DNA of 64,000 nt from Candidatus Poribacteria bacterium (GTDB lineage: Bacteria; Poribacteria; WGA-4E; PCPOR2b). The notes beneath the pieces are model-generated. The model was not told where the DNA came from and did not search any database. It saw nothing but the letters and a program-made list of their open reading frames with translations. Of this stretch, positions 38,996-49,300 are shown one piece after another. Made by a program: the position numbers and the translations under genes. Location of the stretch: contig OZ240245.1 of assembly GCA_965198175.1 (NCBI GenBank), positions 4,608,001 to 4,672,000 on the forward strand, given 5' to 3'. Within the stretch, counting starts at the first letter, position 1. Each line of letters begins with the position of its first letter.

Positions 38996-41302
38996 ATGAA
39001 ATCCATTTATCTCAAAACGGGCTTGCGAGGACAGCTTGTACTTCTTTTTCTGCTCGTTGCCCTTATACCTCTACTTGTCTTTTCCTTTTTGGCGCATCGA
39101 GACGGTAAGATTGCACTTAAGAACACAATTGGCGAAAGTTTCGTACGATCTGCAAGAGAAAAACTTAATAAAGCGGATTCAAGTATCAAGGGTCGGCTGC
39201 ATGACATCAAAAACCAGATGCAGACAATATATGACAAAGTCGCCCAAGCAAATGGAGATGATTTGTCAAATCCTCCAGAATTTCCCACGTTGCGCCGCAT
39301 TAATTTGACATTGCGAAATAGTATAAGGCAGCTTGAAGGATTCGCCGGTCCAGGTAGCCAGATTATTATTACGAATCTCCATCGGCAAATCATTATCTCA
39401 ACGGGTGAGAAACCAAGGGTACGACCAATCAATGACGAGTGGTGGCACAAAGCTTTTAATAATGGACTTGGCTATGATTTTATCGAGGACCTTCAATACG
39501 ACGAGGACGAAAAGCGCCACTTTCTGCCAGTTGCTTTACCTATCCGTAGGACTGAGAAATCAGATTCAAAATTGGTTGGTGTCCTCAGAGCCATCATTAC
39601 CCTCTCTGAACTTTCAGAACTTGTCAAGAGTTCACCCGAAGCGGATGAAATCATTCAGGGCATCGAAACTTTCATCATCAATAAGCATGGACGGGTGATT
39701 GCGGCTGCACCAGAAAGCGGGTACGATTTCCTAGATCATATTGAAGTGAGCGATGCTGTCGCCGAGTTCATAATTGCCGATGAGGCATACTATGGTTATG
39801 AGATGGAGGGAGAACGGAATTCTCAAGGCGAAAGGAAAGTTTATGCCTGGGCTCGCACCCGCTGGGAGAAAATAGCGGGAAAAGATGGGCTGAATTTTAG
39901 TGATTGGGCAATTTTGGTTTCGCAGCCTGAAAAGCTAGCTTTTCCAGAAATCACAAAACTCACACAACGCATCCTGACTTTCACGGTAGTTTCATGTCTG
40001 GTTGTTGTGATTATTGCTTTGATTGTCTCTCAACGGATTGTGACGCCAATTATGCGGGTGGCAAGGGCGGCGCGAGCCATTGGACAGGGTGACTTTAATC
40101 AGGAGATTCCAGTCACAAGTAGCAACGAGGTTGGCGTTCTGGCGGACGAATTTAATTCGATGCGAAGGCATCTCGAAAACGCGGTCGGGAAACTGACAGA
40201 AGAGGAGAAAAAGATGACCGCCATCGTGAACAGTCTTGCGGAAGGGCTGATTCTTGTGGATGGCGACAATCGTGTGCTTCACATCAATCCCGCTGCTGAA
40301 TATCTGCTGAACGTGAGCGCCGATCAGATCGGTGAAGATTTCACTCAAATTATCCGGGATGTGGAACTAACAAAAGTCTTCAAAGACAGTCAGTCACAGA
40401 TTCCACAAAATAAATCGGTCATCTCTGAAGTCAATTTAGACCATGATGGAGAGAAACTAGCGCTACGCATTGTCGCTAGCCCTTTCCTCGACGAAAACGG
40501 TATTTCGCTCGGAACGGTCTATGTTTTTGATGATATTACGCGGGAAAAGGAAATCGATCAGATGAAATCGGACTTCATTTCTCTCGTCTCCCATGAGTTG
40601 CGGACCCCGTTGACTTCAATCATCGGTTTCGTCTCCTTTATCCTTGATGGCAAAACGGGACCGATAAATGAAAAGCAACAAAACAGCCTTATCCGTGTCC
40701 AGCGCCAATCGAAGCGACTAGCAGCCCTCATTAGTGACTTGCTCGATGTTTCTCGGATTGAATCTGGTCGTATTCAAATGAACCAAGAGCCAATCATGCT
40801 TTTGGAGATTGCCAATCAGCGGATTGAAGAAATTCGTCCTCAAGCTGATGCCAAGGCAATTCAATTGAAATTTGTCGCCCCCGAATCTCTTCCAGCAATA
40901 TTAGGAGATGAAGCACGGATAGGACAGGCATTTACAAACCTCATTGGCAATGCCATCAAATTTACACCCGACAACGGTGAAGTCACTGTGAAGCTCAAAG
41001 TCGATGGCAATCTCCTTCATGTTGAAGTTATTGATACGGGACCAGGCATTCCAGTTGAAGAGCGACAGAAAATATTCGAAAAGTTTTATCAACGCAGCGA
41101 TATTCACACACGTCAGAAAGGCGGTTCTGGGTTGGGGCTATCAATCACAAAAACCATTGTTGAAGCGCATGGTGGAACACTATGGGTTGATGATGGAGAG
41201 CAAGGGAAAGGCAGCAATTTTCAGTTTGTACTGCCTTTGCCGGGTCCCATCACCCATCAATCGACAGAGGCCGATCAGCAGGAGCATACAGATAATGGCT
41301 GA
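38996..41302 (+). CDS. Membrane sensor histidine kinase (Cache-like, HAMP, PAS, HisKA, HATPase)
   Basis: Two TMs, SHELRTPLT, NAIKFT, DTGPGI, GSGLGL. Confidence 0.95.
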   Translation: MKSIYLKTGLRGQLVLLFLLVALIPLLVFSFLAHRDGKIALKNTIGESFVRSAREKLNKADSSIKGRLHDIKNQMQTIYDKVAQANGDDLSNPPEFPTLRRINLTLRNSIRQLEGFAGPGSQIIITNLHRQIIISTGEKPRVRPINDEWWHKAFNNGLGYDFIEDLQYDEDEKRHFLPVALPIRRTEKSDSKLVGVLRAIITLSELSELVKSSPEADEIIQGIETFIINKHGRVIAAAPESGYDFLDHIEVSDAVAEFIIADEAYYGYEMEGERNSQGERKVYAWARTRWEKIAGKDGLNFSDWAILVSQPEKLAFPEITKLTQRILTFTVVSCLVVVIIALIVSQRIVTPIMRVARAARAIGQGDFNQEIPVTSSNEVGVLADEFNSMRRHLENAVGKLTEEEKKMTAIVNSLAEGLILVDGDNRVLHINPAAEYLLNVSADQIGEDFTQIIRDVELTKVFKDSQSQIPQNKSVISEVNLDHDGEKLALRIVASPFLDENGISLGTVYVFDDITREKEIDQMKSDFISLVSHELRTPLTSIIGFVSFILDGKTGPINEKQQNSLIRVQRQSKRLAALISDLLDVSRIESGRIQMNQEPIMLLEIANQRIEEIRPQADAKAIQLKFVAPESLPAILGDEARIGQAFTNLIGNAIKFTPDNGEVTVKLKVDGNLLHVEVIDTGPGIPVEERQKIFEKFYQRSDIHTRQKGGSGLGLSITKTIVEAHGGTLWVDDGEQGKGSNFQFVLPLPGPITHQSTEADQQEHTDNG

Positions 41303-42479
41303 GACAATTTTAGCCGTAGATGATGATATTGACATCCTCGAATTGGTCGAGGCGAGCTTGACAGCCGATGGGTTCAATGTTATAACCGCGTCCGACGGTC
41401 GTGGTGCGTTGGAAAGCGCTAGAGATTATGAGCCAGATCTCATTCTCCTAGATCTTATGATGCCGGAGATGGACGGTTTTGAGGTAATCGAAAAACTCAG
41501 ATCGGATGCAAAAACCCGTACAATCCCTGTCATCATGCTCACAGCAAAGGCGCAAACCCATGAAAAAATTCAGGGTTTGCGATCTGGGGCGGACGATTAC
41601 ATCACCAAACCGTTTCAGCTCGATGAGCTTACCGCGCGAATTGAAGCCGTTCTTGGTCGAACACGCCCGACAAAATTTATCAACCCTCTGATTGGGGCGA
41701 TGGGCGATCAGTTCAGCAAAGCAGGCGTAGAACAGTTAGCTTTCCATCTTAAGACAGCAGCGATAATCCAGCAAAAGCTGCTACCTCAGAAATCTCCCGT
41801 TTTGCCGGGATTTGATATCGCTGGCTTACTGCGGAGTTCGATGACAATATCGGGTGATTTTTACGATTTTATCCCGCTGACAGATAATCACCTGGGCGTT
41901 GCAATTGCAGATGTCCGCGGCAAAGGAATTCCGGCAGCTTTACTGATGGTAATGATCCGGACCGCTTTGCGACTCGTTTGCCGTGAAGAATCTTCGCCAG
42001 CCGCAGCGCTAAAGCGAATCAACGATCTGCTTTTCGCGGATACCGACCCAGATCTTTTTGCAACGATGATTTATGGGATTTTGGATACGGAATCAATGAC
42101 CTTCACCTATTCAAATGCAGGACACTGTTACCCACTGTTTTTGAAGAATGAAGGCGCCACCATCACTTCGCTGAGAGCCGGTGGCATGATATTAGGCAGC
42201 TTCGATTTTGCAACGTTTCAATGTGAGACAATTCAATTCGCACCTGGCGATGAGATGCTTCTATACACGGATGGCGCTACAGAAACAGAGCGAAGGGACG
42301 ATGGAGTGCTCTACGGTGAAGAAAAGCTCATTGAATGTATTGAATCAAACAGACACTTATCTGCTGAAACGCTTTGCGAGGCAATTGAGGCAGATCTCTT
42401 GAAGTTCAGTGGAACGCAGAATCATCGGAATGATGACCTTACAATTGTCGCCATAAAAGTCAAGCATGGGGAGAAGTAG
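41295..42479 (+). CDS. Response regulator fused to PP2C/SpoIIE (RsbU-like) phosphatase
   Basis: REC from MAETILAVDD; SGDFYD, ADVRGKG, YTDG, DDLT. Confidence 0.93.
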   Translation: MAETILAVDDDIDILELVEASLTADGFNVITASDGRGALESARDYEPDLILLDLMMPEMDGFEVIEKLRSDAKTRTIPVIMLTAKAQTHEKIQGLRSGADDYITKPFQLDELTARIEAVLGRTRPTKFINPLIGAMGDQFSKAGVEQLAFHLKTAAIIQQKLLPQKSPVLPGFDIAGLLRSSMTISGDFYDFIPLTDNHLGVAIADVRGKGIPAALLMVMIRTALRLVCREESSPAAALKRINDLLFADTDPDLFATMIYGILDTESMTFTYSNAGHCYPLFLKNEGATITSLRAGGMILGSFDFATFQCETIQFAPGDEMLLYTDGATETERRDDGVLYGEEKLIECIESNRHLSAETLCEAIEADLLKFSGTQNHRNDDLTIVAIKVKHGEK

Positions 42480-42924
42480 CGAAGTGGACCGGACACCCGA
42501 AGAGCTCGTCATTTGTCTAGATATTCCCAGTTCAATGCAACTCGTTTACGTGCTGGATTCTGTAATCTCGGAAATTCTCAAAGAGATGGGATTCGATGAA
42601 GAATCAAGGGAGCAGGTTAATCTAGCCGTGATTGAGGCAGGCACCAACGCGATTAAGCATGGGAATAAGGAGGATGTAAATAAGCGTGCTCATTTTGAGT
42701 TCATCCTCAATCAAGACAAGCTTACGGTTGTTGTCCGGGATGGAGGCGCAGGGTTCGATCGAGAAAGCGTAGAGAATCCTTTGGATCCGGCAAATTTGTT
42801 GAAGAGTAGCGGAAGGGGAATTTTTCTAATGGAAACTTGTATGGACACAGTTAAATACGAAGCACCAGGTACAACCGTAAGGATGGTGAAGTACAAGAAA
42901 TCGTCGAGCAACAAACAGACATAA
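42466..42924 (+). CDS. RsbW-like anti-sigma factor / serine kinase
   Basis: EAGTNAIKHGN, DGGAGFD, GRGIFLM. Confidence 0.9.
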   Translation: MGRSSEVDRTPEELVICLDIPSSMQLVYVLDSVISEILKEMGFDEESREQVNLAVIEAGTNAIKHGNKEDVNKRAHFEFILNQDKLTVVVRDGGAGFDRESVENPLDPANLLKSSGRGIFLMETCMDTVKYEAPGTTVRMVKYKKSSSNKQT

Positions 42925-43091
42925 CCTTAGGGATTCGGCGCAAGAACTGTCCCACACCTGATTACCAGCTTCAAAAGACGCATTCACGCCTTGAGTGCGA
43001 AAACAGCTCTTGCAATGTCTACCTTGGTTCGTCCAATGAGCGTAAACCGGCGGATACCCACCATGTAGTTGGCTTCAACAAGGAGACTCAG

Positions 43092-43436
43092 ATGGACATT
43101 ACGGTTCGTAAAAAAGACGACGTTACAATTTTGGATGTTGGGGGAAGAATCACTGGATCCGACAGCCTAGACCTCAAACACACCATTGATGAACAAATTG
43201 ATATTGCTGTGGATAACATTGCGAAAATTGTGTTGAACCTTGAACGAGTGCGTATCGTGGATAGCTTTGGTCTCGGCGTCATCGTTGCTGCCTATACATC
43301 AATCCAGCGGAAGGGCGGGCGTATTGTTCTGCTCCATGTTGGGGGGAACATCAAGAACTTAATTGTTATGGCGAAACTGATGACAATCTTCGATCAGTAT
43401 GACGATGAGGATGAGGCGGTCGCCAGTTTTCAATAA
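43092..43436 (+). CDS. STAS-domain anti-sigma factor antagonist
   Basis: LNLERVRIVDSFGLG. Confidence 0.9.
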   Translation: MDITVRKKDDVTILDVGGRITGSDSLDLKHTIDEQIDIAVDNIAKIVLNLERVRIVDSFGLGVIVAAYTSIQRKGGRIVLLHVGGNIKNLIVMAKLMTIFDQYDDEDEAVASFQ

Positions 43437-43600
43437 AGTCGAAGACTGAGGAACAAGGGAGAATGCCCCTCTTTCTTGTACATCCGACAGGATTTAAGTA
43501 CCTCAATTAAATAGGTTCATGACTTCGACCTCAACCATTGGAGTTCACCGTAGTTTCAAATCACGTTTGATAGAAATTCTGCACCCCCTGGAGCACGCAT

Positions 43601-44431
43601 GTGACTGTTACAACGCACTACACAGAGAGACGCGATGCATTGTGGACGAAATGCACGCACTGTAATGAGCCGGTATTCAATCAGGTATTAGAGCGCAATT
43701 TCTACGCTTGTCCACACTGTGATTATTATTCACCGATGCCTGCCGAGGTTCGTCTGCGTCACCTATTTGATTCGGAGCCACTGATAAATCTCTACCCACC
43801 ATCGGCACCAGAAACTCTCTTAGAATCGCTTGAACTTATGGATTTTGTTTCGCAAACGACATTTCCGGAGAAACAGAGTCAGTTAATCGCTGCGGCGGAA
43901 GGTACAATTTCAGGGAATCCCGTAATTCTAGTTGTCGTCCATCCCTATTCCGTTCCTCAACGCGGTCATTTTGTCACCCTGCTCACCGCTATCCGCACGG
44001 CATCGCAAAAAAAATACCCCCTTATCACTTTTTATCCAAGCGATGTCCTTCCTAAGAGGAAGTCGGATGAGCCTATGCAACCCGAACTGACTCCTGCTGA
44101 AATTACACATCTGAAAATCGAGATGGATGGTTTATCACAAGCGGGTCTCCCCCAGATTACGACCCTGACGGATATAGATGTAACTGGCGGGTTCTCAACA
44201 CGGTTTCCACTCGGGGATCTCGTCGTTGGCGAGCAGAGAGCAGTTGGACATGGGGGCGAACAAATTTCCAATCTTTCAGATTCCCCGCAATCTAATGTGC
44301 TCATAGATCTATGCGTCCAGCGCCAAGAGCTGCCTGAGTTGTTGGGAAAATTGCTTGCCTTTTTCGCCAACAAAGAGGAAGTTGGACTATCGGGAAAGAA
44401 ATTAGGAAAAGAAATTCACTCGAAATCATAG
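43601..44431 (+). CDS. AccD-like protein with intact C4 zinc finger but degenerate carboxyltransferase domain
   Basis: LWTKCTHC..CPHCDYY; lacks GGSMG and SGGARMQE. Confidence 0.7.
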   Translation: MTVTTHYTERRDALWTKCTHCNEPVFNQVLERNFYACPHCDYYSPMPAEVRLRHLFDSEPLINLYPPSAPETLLESLELMDFVSQTTFPEKQSQLIAAAEGTISGNPVILVVVHPYSVPQRGHFVTLLTAIRTASQKKYPLITFYPSDVLPKRKSDEPMQPELTPAEITHLKIEMDGLSQAGLPQITTLTDIDVTGGFSTRFPLGDLVVGEQRAVGHGGEQISNLSDSPQSNVLIDLCVQRQELPELLGKLLAFFANKEEVGLSGKKLGKEIHSKS

Positions 44432-44562
44432 ACATTCTCGCGTACGTAATTCCCGTCCTTTCCAAAATGGCGGGAGCGAGAACCCAATGGGTTTTTGAAA
44501 CCTTTGGAGCTTACTGACGCATCAACCTAAACTTGCTAGTGCGCTACCCTATAGGAGCACGA

Positions 44563-45180
44563 ATGAAAATGAACCGTTATCTCCAAATTAGCCTTAGAAC
44601 GATCTTCATATTGACCTTATTTGTCCACTTGAGTTGCTCGGCGTTTCAGCCGGTCCGGATTATTCCTGTATTTGACCCCGAAGCGACCATCCTGCCTCAG
44701 TCAGGGACAGTCATTTATGAAAAAAATGGTATCACAGCGATGGCAGTACCGCTAAACGACGTAAAAGCCGTTGACGCTTTCGGCATTTTAATCTATAACA
44801 ACACAGACCACTTCATTTCGTTTAAAAAGAAGGATTGCTGGATGCTAGATCAATCCGGCGATGAAACACGACCGATCGATAAATCTCAAGAGACATTTTT
44901 CCTCGGCAAAAATTTCAGACCGAAGTTGCCACCGGAATTTGGGGTTGATGTTTTTCGATGGAATCCGGCGCTCCGGATAGAGGGCGATCCCGCCGTATTG
45001 CCTCGCGAGGATGCTGAGAAAACAACGGTTATGCCGAAACGTCGCACTCAGTTTTTTCTCTATTTTCGCAAGCGTAGCATCAAATCGTTGAATCTACGTG
45101 TCATCGTTCCCAAAGTTCGAAGTGATTTCGACGATGTACAATCAACTTTTGTTTTCAAATTCCAAGTACAAAAAGGCTAG
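44563..45180 (+). CDS. Putative lipoprotein
   Basis: Hydrophobic N-terminus ending HLS-C. Confidence 0.75.
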   Translation: MKMNRYLQISLRTIFILTLFVHLSCSAFQPVRIIPVFDPEATILPQSGTVIYEKNGITAMAVPLNDVKAVDAFGILIYNNTDHFISFKKKDCWMLDQSGDETRPIDKSQETFFLGKNFRPKLPPEFGVDVFRWNPALRIEGDPAVLPREDAEKTTVMPKRRTQFFLYFRKRSIKSLNLRVIVPKVRSDFDDVQSTFVFKFQVQKG

Positions 45181-45183
45181 GCG

Positions 45184-46344
45184 ATGTTGCACTTCGTAGG
45201 CCGGACCAATCGGGTGCAACCCTCTAGGGCGTTTCGGAACTGTACGCAATGGTTACTCCCTCTCACTGGTCTCGCGCTCTCCTTCTATTTGGGTTGTTCT
45301 GTGGTTCAACACGTCCCGCATGGCGAGACCGTTGAGCCAAAGAACAACAACACCGCGCTGAAAATTGTCCCTCCGCAGGTTATTTCCTCCATTCACAATC
45401 TTCCCGCCCCAACCATACTGGGTGTGAACTATATCGAAGCGATTGGTCAGCCAGGACAAGGCGCTGGACAATTCCTGCGTCCAGTTGGATTGGCTTTGGA
45501 CCATCGTGGACAACTTTACGTTGCAGATTCAGGTAACAATCGCGTACAGGTTGTTGATGTAGATGGAAACTTCATTGCAGAATACGGAAGGCACGGTTGG
45601 CGGACAGGTGAATTTGATACACCTACCGATGTCGCTATTAATTATCAGCGGACCGAACTCCTCTACGTCGCAGATACCGGTAACAGCCGCATCCAGTATT
45701 GCAACCTTGTGGACCGCATCTTCCGAATCGTTGCTGGGAGTCGATCGAACTATGACCTTCGGGAGGACGAGGAAAATCGAGCAATCGAACTGGATTTGCC
45801 CGAAGGGGTTGGTATCGGACGTAACGGCGAAGTTTATACAATCGATACAGGAAACCACCGTTTTGTCCAGTTCAACACAGAAGGACTACCTGCACTGATA
45901 CGCGGTGAATTTGGCAGGGCGAAGGAACAGTTTCGCAACCCAACCGATTTGGTCGTTGATACTCGCGGGAATGTTTACATTGTGGATTCGGGAAACCATC
46001 GCATCAAAAAATACGACTTCAGCGGCAACCTTGTCAGGATGTGGGGGACAGAGGGAGAGGCGATGGGGCAATTTCGAGAGCCAAGTCACATTACGCTTGA
46101 TCGTTGGAACTACCTTTATGTGACCGATGGGGGAAATCGGCGAGTGCAGGTCTTCAGAGGAGATGGACAAACCGTAATGGCGTTTAACAGTGAAGATCTT
46201 GTCGAACCCGCCGGCATCGCAATCTCACGGGACAGTCGAATCTTCGTCAGTGATATCGGAACAAATACCATCCAGGTCTTTCAGGTTGTTTATCGCCCCA
46301 TAGAAAACACCGACAAGGGAGAGGTAAAAACACTGGGAAAGTGA
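45184..46344 (+). CDS. NHL-repeat beta-propeller (lipo)protein
   Basis: Repeated F..P.G.A.D..G.LYV.D.GN.R. Confidence 0.92.
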   Translation: MLHFVGRTNRVQPSRAFRNCTQWLLPLTGLALSFYLGCSVVQHVPHGETVEPKNNNTALKIVPPQVISSIHNLPAPTILGVNYIEAIGQPGQGAGQFLRPVGLALDHRGQLYVADSGNNRVQVVDVDGNFIAEYGRHGWRTGEFDTPTDVAINYQRTELLYVADTGNSRIQYCNLVDRIFRIVAGSRSNYDLREDEENRAIELDLPEGVGIGRNGEVYTIDTGNHRFVQFNTEGLPALIRGEFGRAKEQFRNPTDLVVDTRGNVYIVDSGNHRIKKYDFSGNLVRMWGTEGEAMGQFREPSHITLDRWNYLYVTDGGNRRVQVFRGDGQTVMAFNSEDLVEPAGIAISRDSRIFVSDIGTNTIQVFQVVYRPIENTDKGEVKTLGK

Positions 46345-46381
46345 TGAAGCGGAAAATCGGCTGGTTGAATAGGGATTCAAA

Positions 46382-49300
46382 TTGGAGAAAGGGAAACGAG
46401 ATGTGGAGGTGTACAAACAGCTATATTTAATGACGCATTCAGGGAGTCCGGTCGCCTGTCTACCGTCTCTAGCAACACGATTTCGAGTATTTTCTCTGCG
46501 AAAACTTCTGCCGTTGTTGTGTTTATTACTATCAGGTATTTTCAATGCCGCAGCTCCTGGCGCAGACGACGCAAACCCTACCAAAACTTCAACGAACGAC
46601 CTCCAACTTCCTTACATCTCGCTTCTGCAAAAGTCGGAGACGGTGCAGTTCAAAGATTTCTCCAAACCTTTTTTTCTAAAGCATTTGCCAATCGTCCGGG
46701 ATAGCGAAACGGTAACGATTAATGGCGAAACGCTCACCAAAAATCTGGACTACCAAATCGATTATCACGCTGGTACCTTCACCCTTCTGAATGACTACCC
46801 GCGGGATGCTTTTGTCAATGTTTCCTACCAAGCCCTGCCCTTCGAAATCAAGAAGCGGTACAAACGCAATCTGTTTCGACAGAAACAACCGCTGGGCGAA
46901 AAACCTCCTGCGGAAAGTGAATTTGGACTGCAACCCGAATATACCCGCCAACAACTCACAGAAGCCGCACAACCTCCCCTGCAAGTCACGGGGACGCAGA
47001 CGTTTGGCGTTTCAGTCGGCAGCGGACGAGCGTTGTCGCAAAACCAAGAATTGCGGATTAGCGTTGACGGCAAAGTCTCGGAGAACGTGAGTGTCATCGC
47101 TCTGCTCTCCGATCAAGATCTCCCAATCCAACCGGAGGGCACAACAGAGGACATCCAAGACATCGATCAAAAACTCATTCGGATCACAAGTCCGAATGTG
47201 ACTGCGACATTGGGCGATTTTGAGGGGTCGCTCGGCAATTCCGAGTTCATTTTCTTTCCAAGGGCGCTAGAAGGTGTGCACGTAGAAGGAAATTTCAAGT
47301 GGGGGTCATTCCATATTATTCCAAGTAGCATCCCCAAGGGGGAATCTGCCAGTAAGACCATCCGGGCAGAGGAGGGACGCAGCGAATATCGAATTGATGT
47401 GGATGGCGAATTTGTCGTCGTCAAAGCGGGGACGGAAATTGTCTGGCTTAACGGTGAACGGATGCGACGCGGAGAAAACCATGACTACGTCATCCGCGAT
47501 TACGGCGACCCCATCATCGAATTCACCAGCAAACACTTGATTACTAGCAACGACAGCATCCGTATCGACTTTGAATTTATCCCTGAAGATCTCGCATATC
47601 AACGGAATCTACAGGGGGTAAGCGGGTTGTTGAATCTGCTACCGGACGGGCGCGCAGCGGTTGGTCTCGCTTACACCGTTGAATCAGATTTGAATGACCC
47701 AGAAAATGCGTTCATTATCCTCAACGAACAAGATATTGAGGATTTGAAAAATAATGAGTTGGGCTCCGATGGAAAATCGCTTATCGCACCACAACGACAC
47801 ACGGTGTGGGGCATCGAAGGACGTCTCCTTCCCTCAGATGGAACATCGGTTGAGGGACAAATGGCTTTTAGCGCACTCGATGAGAACACTTTTTCCAATC
47901 GAGATGCGAAGGTGCTCAGTCGGGCGTGGAAATTTCTGGCAAATTCGTCGAGCCAAAAACTTCAACTGAATTTGGATGTCCGCTCCCTTGATGCTGAGTT
48001 TGTGCCGGTCGGGGCATCGAGCACCAACCGTACACGCTTCCGCTATGAGGAGCAGTATTCTGAAGAAAGATTTGATGACCTGTATCTGTTCAGCGCATCT
48101 GGGGGTGGGCAATCGCCTGATGAAAGATCACTGGACTTCGATCTCCAGTTTAAGCCTTTCGGTTGGATAAGGCTTGATTCAGGATTAGGGCGAACGGAGG
48201 AGCGTTTTAAGATTGAACCTACAATCGATGGGTTGGCCGAAGGCGGAGTTCCCACTCCTCACCGCCTTGGAGAGAGCGAGGGAACGGGGTCCGATGACAT
48301 AACAATCCGCAACAATTTCAACGGCGGGTTTGACTTCAAGCCGCAGGGCGGTTTTATCAAGCGCCCAATCTTTCCCCGCGTGAGAAGCGATTACCGAAGC
48401 AGTACGTCAAAGGTCAGAGGACAAGACCAATTTCGCAAGGACCGGACAATGTGGAATATCTATCAGCGGATTCGCCCATTCAATCTGAACGCTTCTATCG
48501 AACGGCTGGAGTCGATTGATCTCGATGCATCCGATGCGCAGAATCTCAACCGGAAGCGGAACATCTCAACCGGTCGGATAAATCTTGCTGATTTTCAGTG
48601 GGCGTCCATCAATACAGAATACACGCTTGAGGAAGCATTTGACAAAGAACCCCTAATCGTCGTTGATGAGGAGACCCTCGCCTTTTCGGACTGGACGCGG
48701 ATGACGAGCGCGAAAACGTGGAAGGTTGGATTCTTTTCACGACCGCGCAAATGGACAAACTTTTCAGCCAACCTCTCTCGGCGCTTGTTTAAGTCGCAGA
48801 GACCGGCAGGTGCGGATTCAACAACACAGTTAGCAGATATTAACCTGCGTCTCACACCATTCAACCGCGCGCTGGATGGCGAGATGGTCTATGAACTCGA
48901 TAAGACGCTCGCGACAGAGCGGCGAGAAATATACACAAACATCCATCCAATAACAGGCAGGGAAATTCCACCGGGGGAGGGGCACTATGTCAAAATTGAT
49001 GAACTGCATTATCGGGAGGATTTTGAAGAGGGGAATTATATCAGATTTGTCCAGAATATTGATGACAAGCCTGTTTCTGCAATTAATGTCAAGTTTCGAG
49101 TGCGCCTTCAACCGCGCCGGATTATTTCACGCCGGCGCCGAGTCCGCGACTCGGGTGCCAGCATCCTCGATACATTTCGTAACGATACCGGCGAAACGCT
49201 ATCGAAGCCGCCAGCGGAGTCACAAATCGATAGCGCCTCTCCGATTAACCCGACTCCACCCGACCCCTCGCTTAACTCGCCATCCACCATGCGCGATCGG

